Assembly (NCBI GenBank): GCA_002633005.1
Contig: NMRA01000477.1
Location: 107,249 to 171,248 of the forward strand
Source: Phoronis australis
Lineage: Eukaryota; Animalia; Phoronida
Direction: 5' to 3'
DNA length: 64,000 nt
Shown: positions 1-13,650 of the stretch, in pieces
Numbering within the stretch: the first letter of the stretch is position 1
How the letters are laid out: each line of letters starts with the position of its first letter
Translations under genes and position numbers: made by a program
Notes under the pieces: generated by a model
The model's input: the letters and a program-made list of their open reading frames with translations, nothing else
What the model was told of the DNA's origin: nothing
The model's database searches: none

Positions 1-979
1 ACATGGGATTGACGACTGTTTCGTTGAAATTCACATCATTGATTTTGCAATCTCTAGCAGTTACTTCAGCCGAAGTGGAGTTAACGTTTCCCACTGAAGC
101 AGTTGTGCAACTCCACATCCTAATCCACCAACTTTGAGAGGAGTTGCGGTGGCTAATTAAGTCCGGGAGTTAAGCTTTCTCATAGAGTGGAACTTCGCAA
201 AACATGGGCGTGGTATTGTTGGTGAGAAAGCAACATTACAATTCACGAACATTGCTGTCCAAAAACCACCCAACTGTTTGATGTTCATCTTTAAAAACCC
301 AAATAATCACCTCTTCCTGAGTTTGCTGTCAATCAAGAGATTGTCACTTGCTTCATCACTTTTCACACAACTTCCACCAAGCTAGGATTTCGTCATTTTT
401 TTGAAGTATTGTGCTAAACCTAAACCATACACAAAGCCAACACTGCTTGTTGAAAACTGGGATTGCAAGCTCGCAACAAAAAATTTCTTCAACAGCCACT
501 CATATAGAAGCATTCCACCCCAAATGAACTGTGCAAGGACTTAACCAGATTTAAATTTTCAACAGACATGCCACCTTCTGAACCCAGTCGGTACCATAGG
601 AAAAAGGTCAAATGTCAAGACCTAGGAGCATTCACAAATGATGTGAATAACAGCAAAATATTTTAATTAGAATAATGAGGTATTCACTGATGAAGATTAG
701 ATGATTTGCCATGAAAATATTGTGAATGCTTCATCATACAGCTGAAAAGACGACAACTGTACAAGTATTAGTACATAACAAGGAGTTTCCAAGTTCTCAG
801 CTTTGCGTTTTAAATAAAATGGTCAACTTCAAAGTAAGATAAAGGAACAATAAACTGTAGAAGGGAAGCAGTGATAAGGTTATGTAGGACCTTTGGTATC
901 TACAAAACTAGTAGTAAAAATATTTTTTCTGTAAGTAGGAGCCTGTAGAATTTGATTTTGTACTGTTTTACCAATATGT

Positions 980-1140
980 CAATTATTGGGTTACGTGTCT
1001 TTTCACGAAATTTTAGCAAAAATGAAAGGTAGATTGATAGCAAAACGGCAGTATCAATAATATGATTAAATTTAATTCATGCAAATGTTCAAGATGGGAT
1101 CTCAAAAAAGTTTACTAAAACATCTTTTAGTTTTTGTTTT
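980..1140 (-). repeat. Fragment of the same dispersed family
   Basis: AATTTTAGCAAA..GATAGCAAAAC..ATGATTAAATTT..AAATGTTCAAGATGGGATCTCAAAAA matches 13476-13650 and the reverse complement of the 32/33 kb copies. Confidence 0.65.
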
Positions 1141-1717
1141 ACGCTAACACCTCGCCGTTTTTAATTTCTCCACCGTGCCTACTATGAGAGTCTTGAGAAA
1201 TCGTAGATATAAACACCACAACCAACGAAGCCTTTGAAGAATGAAAGAGGGTCATTTTGGCAATTACTTTTGTGTGAAATTGATGAGATTTTATCATAGG
1301 TAGTGAATTAGTGCTCAGGTATTGAGTGGTGACTCAACCTTCAAGAATTAGAGGTAATTAACCTGATGGAGGATATGATGGTGTCTTACTTTGATGGACA
1401 GCATCAAATGATACATCATTTCACGAGATGTGTACGGAAACACAGCGAGGCCACAGCAAACTTTATGGTAACATTTGCACTCCACTTGTTGCCATTTTTA
1501 TGATTGGCAGAAAATACAAGATTACGTAATCCAGTTTTAACACCAAATAACCAACACAGCAATGGCACACTGAAATTGAAATAAGCTTTGTTACTGCCAG
1601 GTGGCAAAAACTGGGTGGATAAACCTTCATTACCAGCAACATTCAAAGCCGTGAGATTCTATAGCCTATTAAAGATTATTTGCCCGCACCAACTGAAAGC
1701 CGTGAGTGCTCTCTAGA

Positions 1718-2104
1718 GTCCCGTCCACAACTTGCAATAGTACAAGTTACCCCACTTTTGAGTGGAGGGTCCACACACACATATCTGATAACTACGGTAA
1801 GGCGGAAGTTGTCACTCTCTACGTGACAATGAACACCTAGTGCGAGTACGACGCACAAAAGAAAACCTGTCTGCATATAACCGCAGCTGATAATTCCTTC
1901 CTCTCTACCCCACTTTTGCCACCATACAGCGAGAATAAGTGGGCCAAGTTACCTTAGAACAAGTTACTCCACCTCGATAATGTGTAGTAAGTTGTCACAA
2001 GTGGGGTAAGTTGCGCTACTTTAAATAGCGTCTAGATAGCACTCAAACCTAGCGACAACTCGATCCAAGAGTTAAGGGTAAGTCTGTGCGAGTGTGGAAG
2101 GCAC
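1718..2104. mobile_element. Old MITE-like element
   Basis: Imperfect inverted ends (GTCCCGTCCACAACTTGC..TTACCC / GGGTAAG..GCGAGTGTGGAAGGCAC); internal TACCCCAC/GTGGGGTA motifs. Confidence 0.4.
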
Positions 2105-4177
2105 ATAGATGAAGAGTTGTATAATTTGGACACTTAAGACAAGGGTGATGGTAAGTGTCCAATTTCACATGTACGACGGTAGAAAAATTGATCATCGGCA
2201 AACTACAACCAGGAGATTTCAAAATTTAAATGCCAACTTTAAAAGGTTCGAAACGAGCACTAGGGAAAGAGCAGGAACGTCAAAGGTTAATTGGAACTGG
2301 TTTTGATTAGGGGCTGTGAGTCTAGGAATTTAGCTTGTTACAAGCAGCAGTACAAGGTTTGTTTGATGGAAATGAGCAAGATCAAAGTTGGCCAAGCACT
2401 GCCTGCCAATCTTAATTGTGATTTCTTGCCCACTGTTCACCTTCCCATGGTACAAAGGTTTGACTTCGGCTCAGTGAACTATTACAGAGACCAGACTCAG
2501 GCCGCACCCTGAGTTCACTACTGAGGTTGCAGGGCATCTAAATTAAGAGAAATGTATTCTGAAAAAAGATCCAACTTTTTATACCTTGTACATTAACTGG
2601 CAAAATACTGACTTAAACAAAGCCAATTTTGAAGTTTTTTCAGGTTTTCTAAAGATTTTAATTTCAGTTGCAAAAGGTCGAAATATAAATCGGATAGATG
2701 CCATATTCCTTAGAAAAGTATTAAGACAATGACATTTATTAGAGAAGCCTTCGTCATTAAAAAAATGGATGTTTAAATAAATTTAATCAAAATATTGTTC
2801 AATATTCGATCTTAATGTATCAAATAGAGATAAAGCTTGTGTATGAATTCACATACTGGTGACCTGAGTGTCCAATAGCATGACTGAACTGACACACAGT
2901 GTTTAAGTGGACGACCCCTGGTGCCAGTCTGGTAACCCAACATGGGAAATAAACTTGTATTAAGCATAGGAAGGCGACAGACCATGAATGTAATTTTTTC
3001 AGATTTCTAGAAGATTTCATTTCAATTCCACTTAAGCATCCATCTACTTCTCCAAGTGCATTAGTGACACCTTCGTTTAGCTATTTCTACAGTCAACACT
3101 CTCAACTAAACACCCATTCACACCAACGTTGTTCAGGGTACAATCTCAGAAACGGGAGCAAAATGAGTGGGAAGAGCTTTATGTACAGTCTGAGAAAGAA
3201 CCATGCGAATGGTGACGCGTTCCAAGTTGCCCGCTTCTGTCTGTCAGCAACTCGTTTCATCCATTGCGATGTTGAGGTGTACTAGCAGACATTTTATATG
3301 ACAGAGCCTTAACCACTATCTAGGCCAACAAACTTCACACAACATTGCACCAGTGGCATGAGGCCTACAGCCACAGAACCAGTGGACCCGCTTGAATCAG
3401 TAAGCACTCGACTTCAACTCCTATTTCCTGGGTATTTTTACTAAGACAGATCAGCTTCTTTCATGAGCAAACAATAACAAAGCGATGAAGACATGTTCCT
3501 CTGAACTCAATACCTTTAATTTCACGCCTGGATACTCGCCACTGTGAAGATGCCTCACCTGAATCGTGCAAAAACACACGGCCCTAAGAGGTGGAAGATA
3601 GTGTCATATTTGGCCAGCAATAACAAAAGAAGCAGGGTAATTTATATGCGGCATGAACATCCTTTCCGGCAACGGAAATTGACTCACAAAAGAGCACGGG
3701 AGAAAAATAGATACACGTATTTTTCAAACAGAAAAGAAAAAAGAATCTTCATTTTTAAATCAGATAACTACAGAATGGATTTGTGAACTGATCCTGCAGT
3801 GGCTTGACTGACATCAGCAGTGTAAGAGTTGTGACAACTGACATTTAACTGCTAATTAAAGGATAGATCAGCCCAGGGGAGATAATTAGATTACATCATA
3901 TTTGAATCTCTAACGCCCAGACATCATGAAAATGTCACTGTTACGAATGGTAAGAAATAGGAATGCTTTGCCATGGATTGCTGCATTTGCTATGGTAGAT
4001 ATGGTTCGAAAATGTCTTGAAAGTTCAAGCATCATTGTTAGTTGCTTGTTAATAACATCCTCTGATAAACTCAATTAATCAGGAGTCTTTTCACAACTAA
4101 AGAAAAAATTCAAGTCAACTTAAGTTCGTCAGAACAACCTGTTTTCTCACGTGACCTGGAATGTGTTACAACACGGC

Positions 4178-4231
4178 TGGTTAATAACACCAAGTACGTA
4201 ATTTTGGTTAATAACACCAAGTACGTAATTT
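4178..4231. repeat. 27-bp perfect tandem duplication
   Basis: TGGTTAATAACACCAAGTACGTAATTT x2. Confidence 0.9.
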
Positions 4232-5441
4232 TTTTATATTACATGGGCGAATCACAAAGTAATACAAAGTAGAAATCAATATGCCTTACATTTGTCTGTA
4301 AAACACTAAAACAACCAAACATGCGCCAACCAAACAATGCCGGAATTCCAGGAAGGTGATAAGTTTATGATTGGACAAATTAGGTGTCGCAACTTTAGGT
4401 ACTCCCACTCGGAAGGACATGCAAACAACTTCTTAAACGGACACATCTTCGACGTCGAATTCCATATCCACGTTTGTTCAAACAGAGACGAGCCGCAACT
4501 CGAAAAACGCAGCAAGACTGTCTAACTGTGCTGTCTCAAGGTCAATTCAGTGCTCATGCGCAGGGAAACCCTGCTGACTGTGTTTTTTTATAAAAATTTA
4601 CAATTTCAAAAGACTTTTAGATTTTAACTTGAACATTTGTTACTGAAAGCAGAATACAATTTACAATTGCTAACTTTAAATTAAAACAATTAATTAAAAG
4701 TAACTGAGTTTACTTTGCATTGCGCAAGCCTGTTTTTACAAAAGTTGTGTCATGTGATTGAAGTTTTAGACACGTGGAGTTTTTTGGCAAAAAAGACCGT
4801 TTTTACGTTCATGTGAAGCCTCCAGATTTTGATGAAATTTTCAAGAGGTTTTGCCCATGCCATAAACCTGAGACTCATGTAGGATTTTCTATTTAACAAT
4901 CGTGCAGCTATTCAAGAATTGGATTTTTTTAAACAAAAGTCAGAAAATCAGAGGAAAAAATCCTGTCACAGTCAAGAAGTCAAAATGCCATCGGGGAAGT
5001 ATAACTTATACAGATCTACAAAAACTCACAGTTACTGCGAATTCCTGGCACACTGCGTACCTTGGGGTATGGCTAGTCTGATTCAATGAGTTTATCAAAG
5101 CCCTTAAGACAAAGCCAAGCTGGCACCAATACACATGGGCCATATTATTTTTTGACAAATGGAAAAATTCATTGAATAGAGGGCCTATTAGTTATGGCCC
5201 TGTCGTGATCAATTATTGTGGTCAACAGTAAATGTCTCTCTAAGATAACAAACCCAAGGAACCCACTGTGCGCTGTGGTCACGATAACTCAACATAGTCT
5301 AAAACAAAGCTATGCCATTTATTCCAAGAAGACAAAAATGAGTCAAAGATGGAGACTGCAATAAGCAAACAGAGTTTGGAAAAGTTAAGTTCATCAATCA
5401 AGAAGTGAAACAGCTTTTTGATTTGTACAGGTCTCATTCAT

Positions 5442-5568
5442 GTTTAAACTTAGTTGCCGTTCAACTAAATGATTTTTAACTACGTATCCCTTAGTCTTAA
5501 AGAACTCGTTTAAACTTAGTTGCCGTTCAACTAAAAATTTTTAACTATCACCTTTTCTCAAAGAACTT
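5442..5568. repeat. ~66-bp tandem duplication
   Basis: GTTTAAACTTAGTTGCCGTTCAACTAAA...AAAGAACT x2. Confidence 0.85.
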
Positions 5569-8500
5569 CACTTTAAATAATCGAGTTCCCGACCCAAACC
5601 CTGATATTCAATCGAATCAGAAACCCACAAGTTAGAATTTCTGTTTTTAATCAGCTTTCATTTGGTCATATTCATCTTGGCTATAAGCTGATCTCAGGTG
5701 TAAGTTGAATCTGGAAATGTAAAAGTTTGAATCTTTCACACATTGGTCGATGACTCTTAACTTTCCTTTCTGAAAAATTACTTTGAGTGAAATAAACCGG
5801 CAAACAGATAACCTAAAGCATTGATTTGATTAGAAGAAATAAATACCAGGTGGGCAGTTACTCAACCAGACACATCTTTGTAGAATTAAGACAAAGCCAA
5901 ATGTTTGTTTTGTATCCCAAAGATCAAAGGCAGTGGGATCCTAACCAGAATGTTAGTAACATGACCAAGATGCAAAACTTGGTCAGCATTCAAAAATTCC
6001 ACTCCAACACCAGCAAAAAAATTTATCACTGGTCTGACGATGTTTAGGACTGTGTACCTGTCTGCATTCCTAATTATGCTATGCGAACGCAACATCGTCA
6101 CGGAAATAGTGCTGGAACCAAAAAACAAGGCATCAGTCGTCCACGACTAGAAACAAAAGCATTCTTCACGGTTTGCCTAATTAAAGTAGTTTGTTAACGA
6201 GTCAACGCTAACTTAAAACAAGAAACCCCAGTGGCAATTGCAGCATACTGTCTGCTCCAAAAACCACTAACTTTAACAAAGCAATTACAAAAAACAGACA
6301 TGTTTTGAATGAAGAACGTGTAACACGTAATTCTTTCATCTCGTTACATTCGTGAGTTATTTATGTTCAAATAATTACCACTCTCACGCAGCTTAACGTT
6401 CACGGAGCATAAATCGACGAATTAAAAAATCTGCGGGGGAGTGGTAACTTGAACGAGGATGTTTAAAAAATTCTTTTGAAATCCAAGGTGGACTTGCATG
6501 CAAAAGTCTTGTGGGAAAGAAGAGGAGACAACAAACAGCAAGCTGTTGCGTTGTCAGGTATTGATGCGGGGGTGGGGGGCAGTACATGTCATCAACAGAT
6601 TAACTACAAAATGAGGCCAGGTAGATGGGACTTTTAAAGTCAGTATGTACAATGTTCTGCAGTCAAAACAAAATTTCAACACAATTTCAACACAGACGTG
6701 TCTGCTCTTCCAAAGCAACGCCATCGTGTTTTTATCCTTTGTCTGAATTGAAACTGGTTTCGCTTAAAACAAAGGGATGTCTCTGACAGTCAAGTGCTTC
6801 AGCATTTGAAATTAACCCATCGTGACAAGCAAACTTGATCTGAAGCAATAAAAAATATCAATCATTCTCAAGCTTAGAACTCAATTCCAAACGGAAGTTA
6901 GGAAGAAGATTTATAAGGTAACAGCCATTAGCCTAAATCAAACCATACTGTACTTTCTGACAGAAGAGCTGGGTTTATTGTACCTTTAATGCGTGAAACC
7001 CAAAGACTGGCTCCAGGCATTGTGTTCACAAAGGTTTAAATTAAGTCAAATTATGACAGGCTTTAGGCAAGCATTTGAGCTCTCATAAAAACATCAAAAC
7101 AACCATGAGATAAAATCTATTCATTTGCAGTGGCTCATTTTACAGCATGAAAAAATACAAGCCTACTGTGTTCTTCTAACTTCACTTGTTGCCATTTTTT
7201 AACAACAGATAACGGAAACATGTCACTCAACTATAATACAACACTACTTCATAATTGGTGCCATTAACGAGAATCCTTACGTCAAGCGTTAACCCACTTG
7301 TGGTATCCCTTAGTTATGGGACTTTAGGAACCAACGTGGCAGACAAATGAAACTCCTTGAATTTTTTGGTCGAATTACTCAACAAAAATAAATGATGAAG
7401 AAAATTTTGTAATTACTGTTACCTTGGTTTTGAACTACATTTAACATTTAGCAAAGTTCTCTTATTTACAGTAAGGTAATTAATCAAGACAAACCAGAAG
7501 AATTCCAATTTTGGCAATTTCCAGCGAAAAAAGTAAAACATTACCACAACTGCCATGTTTGGCTAAACGCCCATTCCAGAAGAACTCAGCTCAACAATTT
7601 CACTTTGAGCAAACACGCATCTCATTTTTAACTACCTAAGCGCTAACTAGAATGGATACATCGATAGCAGAAGCGTCCCTGTAACCAGGCAGAGTAAAAT
7701 CACAAACAACAAACGTTTGAAAATCTCTTTGATATTGGATATCAAATCGAATGCTTTTTTGTCCACGCTGAGTGACCAAGGCACATTTCAGTAATTTTCA
7801 CCAGGGCTCCACTGTGGTCAGTTTAGTTACCAGCTGTTGATGCTTTTCAGAGTCAGCTTGACCACTGGGCCCTGAAGGATCAGTTTCCAGGGACTGCTGT
7901 GAAGTGACCGATGTCCCTTCTATGATGTAATAGTCGAAGGAGCGAAACAGACTGGTGATATGGATGGATGACTGACCATGGAGACTTGGTTCACTTGAAT
8001 GGAATGGTTTGCTGGAATGCATTCATTTAGTCTCGGGTGTTCCATGTAAAGAAAAGGAAAACTCAACAGAGCATAAGGAAAGCTGAACACAGATCTAAGA
8101 CATCGTCATGCTCAACATATCATAAGGCGTGTCCGCTCTCATAGGGGCTGGGATTTTAGATATTGAGACAACCACTACTGCGCTTTGAACAAATAACCCC
8201 AACATGTTTCGCACTTAACATTACCATCAATCACCCTTTTCTGACTAAGTAAACTTCCCACTAAAATGAAGTGGAGATAGTTTCCTTTTCTCATGAATTA
8301 TGATAGGCAAAAACCCAGGTCTAGTCTGGCTTACTGTGTGCTGTCCATGTACTATGACCAGAGTTACTTATCATGATGAGTCCTTGTATTAATATCAATG
8401 GGGTTCCTATCCTACTATTCAGGTATCACCGCTTCTATTTTCCATTTAGTAAGATGACTTTTAAGCAACTCATAAGGACAGATGCTTTACTTCATTCATA

Positions 8501-11500
8501 TTCGTACAAGACCGAGTGAGAATCACATGTGCTAAATGAAATGTAGCCCAATGTGCAGTTTGTACGATATCCATTTTAAGTATTACTAATCATGATTCCA
8601 TGTTAGACATCATCATTTATCCAAGCCAAGTACTTGATAGGTACAAATTATTTACACACAAACTTCTGAAACATACCTAAAAAGCAAGCTCTCAAACATA
8701 CACTGGCTGATAATATTCTTAAACAACAATTACAAAATTTGAAAAGCAAATTTAGCAAAATGTGGAAGCGTGCAAAATAAAAATTACTAAACTTTCAGTT
8801 GTTATGACTGTCATTTACACTCTTTGAACTATGAATTACTTAACTGGATTCTTTTTGCTGCCTTTGACTAACTACCCAGGAGAACTGAAACGGAGGGGGT
8901 GGCGGAAGGAAATGACTGGCCAATTGGCAAACCTGAGGAGACTCCACTGGTGTGGCCGAGGGAGAAGGGAGAACAATTCAGCTCATGTTTTGACAACATG
9001 GAGTGTTGGATGCACACAACAGAACAGCTTTTTGAGACAGCTTTCAACACTCATATACATGGAGAGTAAACAACAACCTGGGTTAGAAGGCTATTCAGTT
9101 AACAGACCTCGGTGGGTGTAATGACCAAGTGATCAAAATAGCAATTCTAACTGGTTCTTAGGAAATAATTGATGAAAAGAAATTTCCCCCGGTACTAAGT
9201 ATGTTATCATCGGTTTGCATCTAACTAGTTTTTAATATTTTTTATCATTGTCAAAAGACTTTTTGCTTACAAGTTTGCGATTCGAGTTTCAGAAGAAAAT
9301 GATTACTTTTCATAAAAAATGAAATAAAACAAAGCTAATTCTCAGACTAGCACAGCATTTTATGAGTTTACCGGTATGTACTTTAGGCAGACAAAACTGA
9401 ACAAATGTGAAAAGACTCGCATCTAAAACCAAACCCTGTGAACACAAACTAAACTAAACTTCCACTCAGTAGTTTTAGTCCTAATTTCTTTGTGTTAGTT
9501 GCAAGAAAAAATAAAATCGTGGCCTTTGAATTGACAAAACTTCTCAGAAACAGAAATGTCAAGCTTGAAGTGTCAGACACAACAATCTTTTTAATAAATG
9601 TCAATAATTCTATCATTGTCATCATCTTTGGTTGAGAAAATTGTGTCTCTAAAGTGCCGTCCACACAACGCCTACCCAGGCCTTTATCCAGGATTTCGAA
9701 AATAGGGTGTCCAAAATGGGGTTCCCAATATTCCAGGGCGTCCATAATTCCAATGCGTAACCCCCCACCCCCAGCAATCCCCCCAAACACACAGATTTTT
9801 TTTACAAAAAATGCATAGACCAAGGTTTTTACATCTAAGTTTACAAAACAGCCTTCTGCAGTGAGCATTTTTAATAAAAAATTGGTGTAGACCAAGACTT
9901 TTACAACATAAACTCACTTTTAGTATCTGACCAAAGAAAAGCAAACATTCAGGACAGCATTACCACTTTTGAATAAAAGTCGCTTAGTGGCCATATTGTG
10001 GCTCTTATTCAATAGAAAGTCAAACAGCTTTCAAATTAGATTTGTTACGGTACTTTCAGTAGTCAGAGAGGAGCCAATCTTTTGAACTTTCACACTACTT
10101 ACAGATCATGGCATGAACGTTGTGAATTCTGATGTAAAACAGCCATATTTCGCAATCTTGAATTTGCATAAAGAAAGAGGAAGTCATTAGACAAAAACCA
10201 CTTGAATGGTGACCCTGATGCCCGTGATATTTTCAACACATGAACAAACTCTAGGAATTGGTTATTTCAACAACAGAAAAACGTATCTAAGGTCAGAAAA
10301 CAGAGAATAAATAATAAACAGTGCTGGAAACTATAATTTGAATGTAAAAATTGAAAGCTAGCTTTGAGATACAAAATTGGGTCGGTGATATAGTATTCAT
10401 TCACATAACTTGAATACTACTAAGATAACATTAAAACATTGTTACAAAACTTATATTCAGTCATTATCGATATCTGACGAACTCTGTCATATTACATAAA
10501 AAATAACGAGAAAGACAATAAGAAATAGCATGTTTTTCATAAGTAGTATTATATACACTAGTCTGCTGAAATAAGTCAGAGCTATACTCATCAAAGAAAA
10601 AACGAAATTTATTTCGCCAAGTAACAAGGGGATACCCAGGGGATGCTCAAATATCATTCTGACAACCTTGGAGTAAAAAGAAATCCTTTGTTGGGGGAGC
10701 CTTCGAGCTTGATTACCCCTCCCACCAAACCCGTACTAGCACAACCGTTTTCCAGTGGTAGATTTTGTCATTGTGAATTATCTAATACAGAGCTGACATC
10801 TATTGGAATCAACAGGAACCACGGTGACTGGTTCCCACAGCAAGCCCAAACTATGTACAGTTCATAATCTGCAGCACTTGACCCAGGTCACCACAGAGAG
10901 CCTAATCTCATTTGGCGAAATATGTCCGACCAGTGTCTAAGGAACGCTTTATGACAAAAACAATATCCACATAATGTCAATCTCTCGCATACTCAAGTTG
11001 AGTCATCGTGTAAACTACATGAACCAAAAATTTTGTTTTCTACACCCACAAAACTACAGATCACAAAATCAGAGTCTGCCTGAATCTCTCCATCTTGAGA
11101 ACCAAAAAATGAAAAGTAAGAACAAAAAGTTGCGATTCCAACAATTTTTGGGGCCTTTTTAAAATCTCTTACTATTCCTCCGTAGATCAAGATAGGGACA
11201 AAAACAGTTCATGAACGAAACTGATGAAAAACTGTAGCCAGGTTTAATAATTTAATTCATATCAAAAAAGGAACAAACTCATTTAGAAATATTTTTGACA
11301 CAAAGAACCAAATTCTGAAAAATTCTATTTACAAAGTCCTCTGTCCACATGTCTTGCTTGATTTAGACAGATATTATCTTAGGGAAAGTAGTGGCCAAAA
11401 GCGTGATTATTCTCCTTATTTGCTTAAAAAATCATATATAGAGAGAGCTAGGTTGAATTCCAGGATTTCCAGACCCCCCTTACTTGCAAAGGCTGAAAAA

Positions 11501-13475
11501 TGAAATTTCTGAATATCAACATGGAAAATGTAATTTACTACAAGAGCCTGAATTATGGACATTTTAGGAAAAGATGGATCCCTGTAGAAGGACTTTTTGA
11601 ATAACAATCAAATAATTACACGTGTGACTAAAGTCGATTCTGGTACGAATGGGGTGTGCATGTTCTTTATTAAAATACATTTGTAAATTTACACCCTAGC
11701 TGCACAGTTAACGTTTATACCGTTTCTTCTGCAAGTTATAGTTGTGAATACAATGAACATATAAACAAGTAAAAAGTCCTCTGTCCACACTTATGACAAA
11801 ATAATCCGCTCAGACCACTATCCAAACATATTACTAACACACGCTACAGTAATAGATTGATTATATATAACAAAAAGCTGACAAACATGTGAATTTCCTT
11901 AGAATACTATTAGCCACAATATCAAATCTATTTCATTAGAGGCTATAAATTTGACAGTCAGTATGCAACTGAACCAGTTAATAAGATTGTCTGCGGCAGG
12001 AATTCCAGGAATTAATCATTACCACAACCCACACAACTCAGACAAATCCACTTCAAGAAGCCACGGGCGACCTCTATTGGTAGCAAGCCAAACAAGAGCA
12101 GACAGACAATGGCCGTATCAACTTTCTCAGCCTCAGTTCAGCATCAGAGTAAAGGCACTTAAAGATAGCTGAGCTAATGGGGTACTTCTAATACAGGAGT
12201 CGGATTTCACTGTTCAACTGACCTGACTTTATCAAAGAAAAAAGTTGGAAGGACACAGGAAAGAGGTGAAACACAACAGACAATTTGCAGTTTAGATTGC
12301 AACGGATTTTTCACCAAGTCTCAAAAATGCAAGAACGCAAAGTTCACATTGTTGATGTAGCAAGACGTATATGTATGTCAATGTATATACAATCAAAACG
12401 TTGGCATACCCTATAGAGTCTTTACTTTCAAATGCCCTATTCAGAAGCCTAACTCAGAAATACCCTGCCAGTTTCCAGTTCCAAGATTAAATTCCAATTG
12501 AATAATAAATTTTGAGATAATGGTCAATATTTCCTAAACGATTTTTCAACTGTATTCACTTTTCAACTTTGAATTTTTATTATGAAATCAATTTCGGAAC
12601 ATGGAATATTGAATCACTATTGGAAATTTAAAAACGAAATTTTGGCGTCCAATGTTTCATGGTTCAATTTTGTGATCGTGTCACTACACCTTACAAACAC
12701 TCACAATGCTGCAATACCATAAATTAATTTGATAGGTTGACAAGTTGTGTATCATTCCCGTCCATATATGACCAATTCTCCTCTCAACCATCTAAACTAT
12801 TTGCTATCTCTTTTTAACTGGAGAAAAAATAAACTATTGATGGCTCCATCAACATGGAATGTGCAAAATAACAAAGAAGTTGGTTATATCTGACAAAGCG
12901 TGTGGAACAGTTAACAAACCACAACTGGTGGGTGGGTTATTTCTCAGTATAAATCTGTTTTTGAGACACAGCTAAATAGAACAAAAGTCCTCATATGTGA
13001 ATCAAAAAACTTGATCAACCCACCGTGATAATTATAAAAAGCCAGCCATCCAGTAGTGGCAACTGAGAGAACAAGGGGTTCTCCAATACTACTCGTGAAG
13101 CACGTTTACACGTCAAACACACCGGTCATGTCAATGGCTACAACACCAGCTAATCTAAAACAAAGTACCTACAAAACCAGGTTTAACAGACATCAACTAT
13201 CTTTTTATCATCGCCACTTGTGTGGCCCTCAGACTAAGGTCAAAGGTCAAGCAAGCTCAAACACATCTGAGTAAGACTTCAAGAGGCTATCTTGTAAAAA
13301 CAATGTTTTTGCCGTTGCTTGTCTAAACATTTCGGCTCATTTCAAACTCTTGTTACTGAATACTGGGTAATAGTCACTTACAAGGGTCCTGCATTTTGAG
13401 AACCAGTTTTCTCCACTGAATAACCGACATGAAACTGGTTCTCAATGTCCGGTACTTTTTACCAATCTGCCGTTA

Positions 13476-13650
13476 ATTGGGTCACATAAGCGTGTATTTA
13501 AGTCAAATTTAGCAAAGAGAAAGTACATCGATAGCAAAACAATGGTAATAATAACATGATTAAATTTCATTTGTTATACATGTAAATGTTCAAGATGAGA
13601 TCTCAAAAACGCTGTTAGTGTTAGTTTTCTAAAATATCCTTTCGTTTTTG
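13476..13650 (-). repeat. Fragment of the same dispersed family
   Basis: AATTGGGTCACAT..GATAGCAAAAC..AAATGTTCAAGATGAGATCTCAAAAA. Confidence 0.65.

Noticed and set aside
4178-5568. Short direct repeats as a CRISPR array
   Set aside because: Only two adjacent copies each, no unique spacers, no cas genes, eukaryotic context
9449-9944. 148-aa and 86-aa minus-strand ORFs
   Set aside because: Non-ATG starts, low-complexity TE-like sequence (a hAT-like end near 9677), no domain
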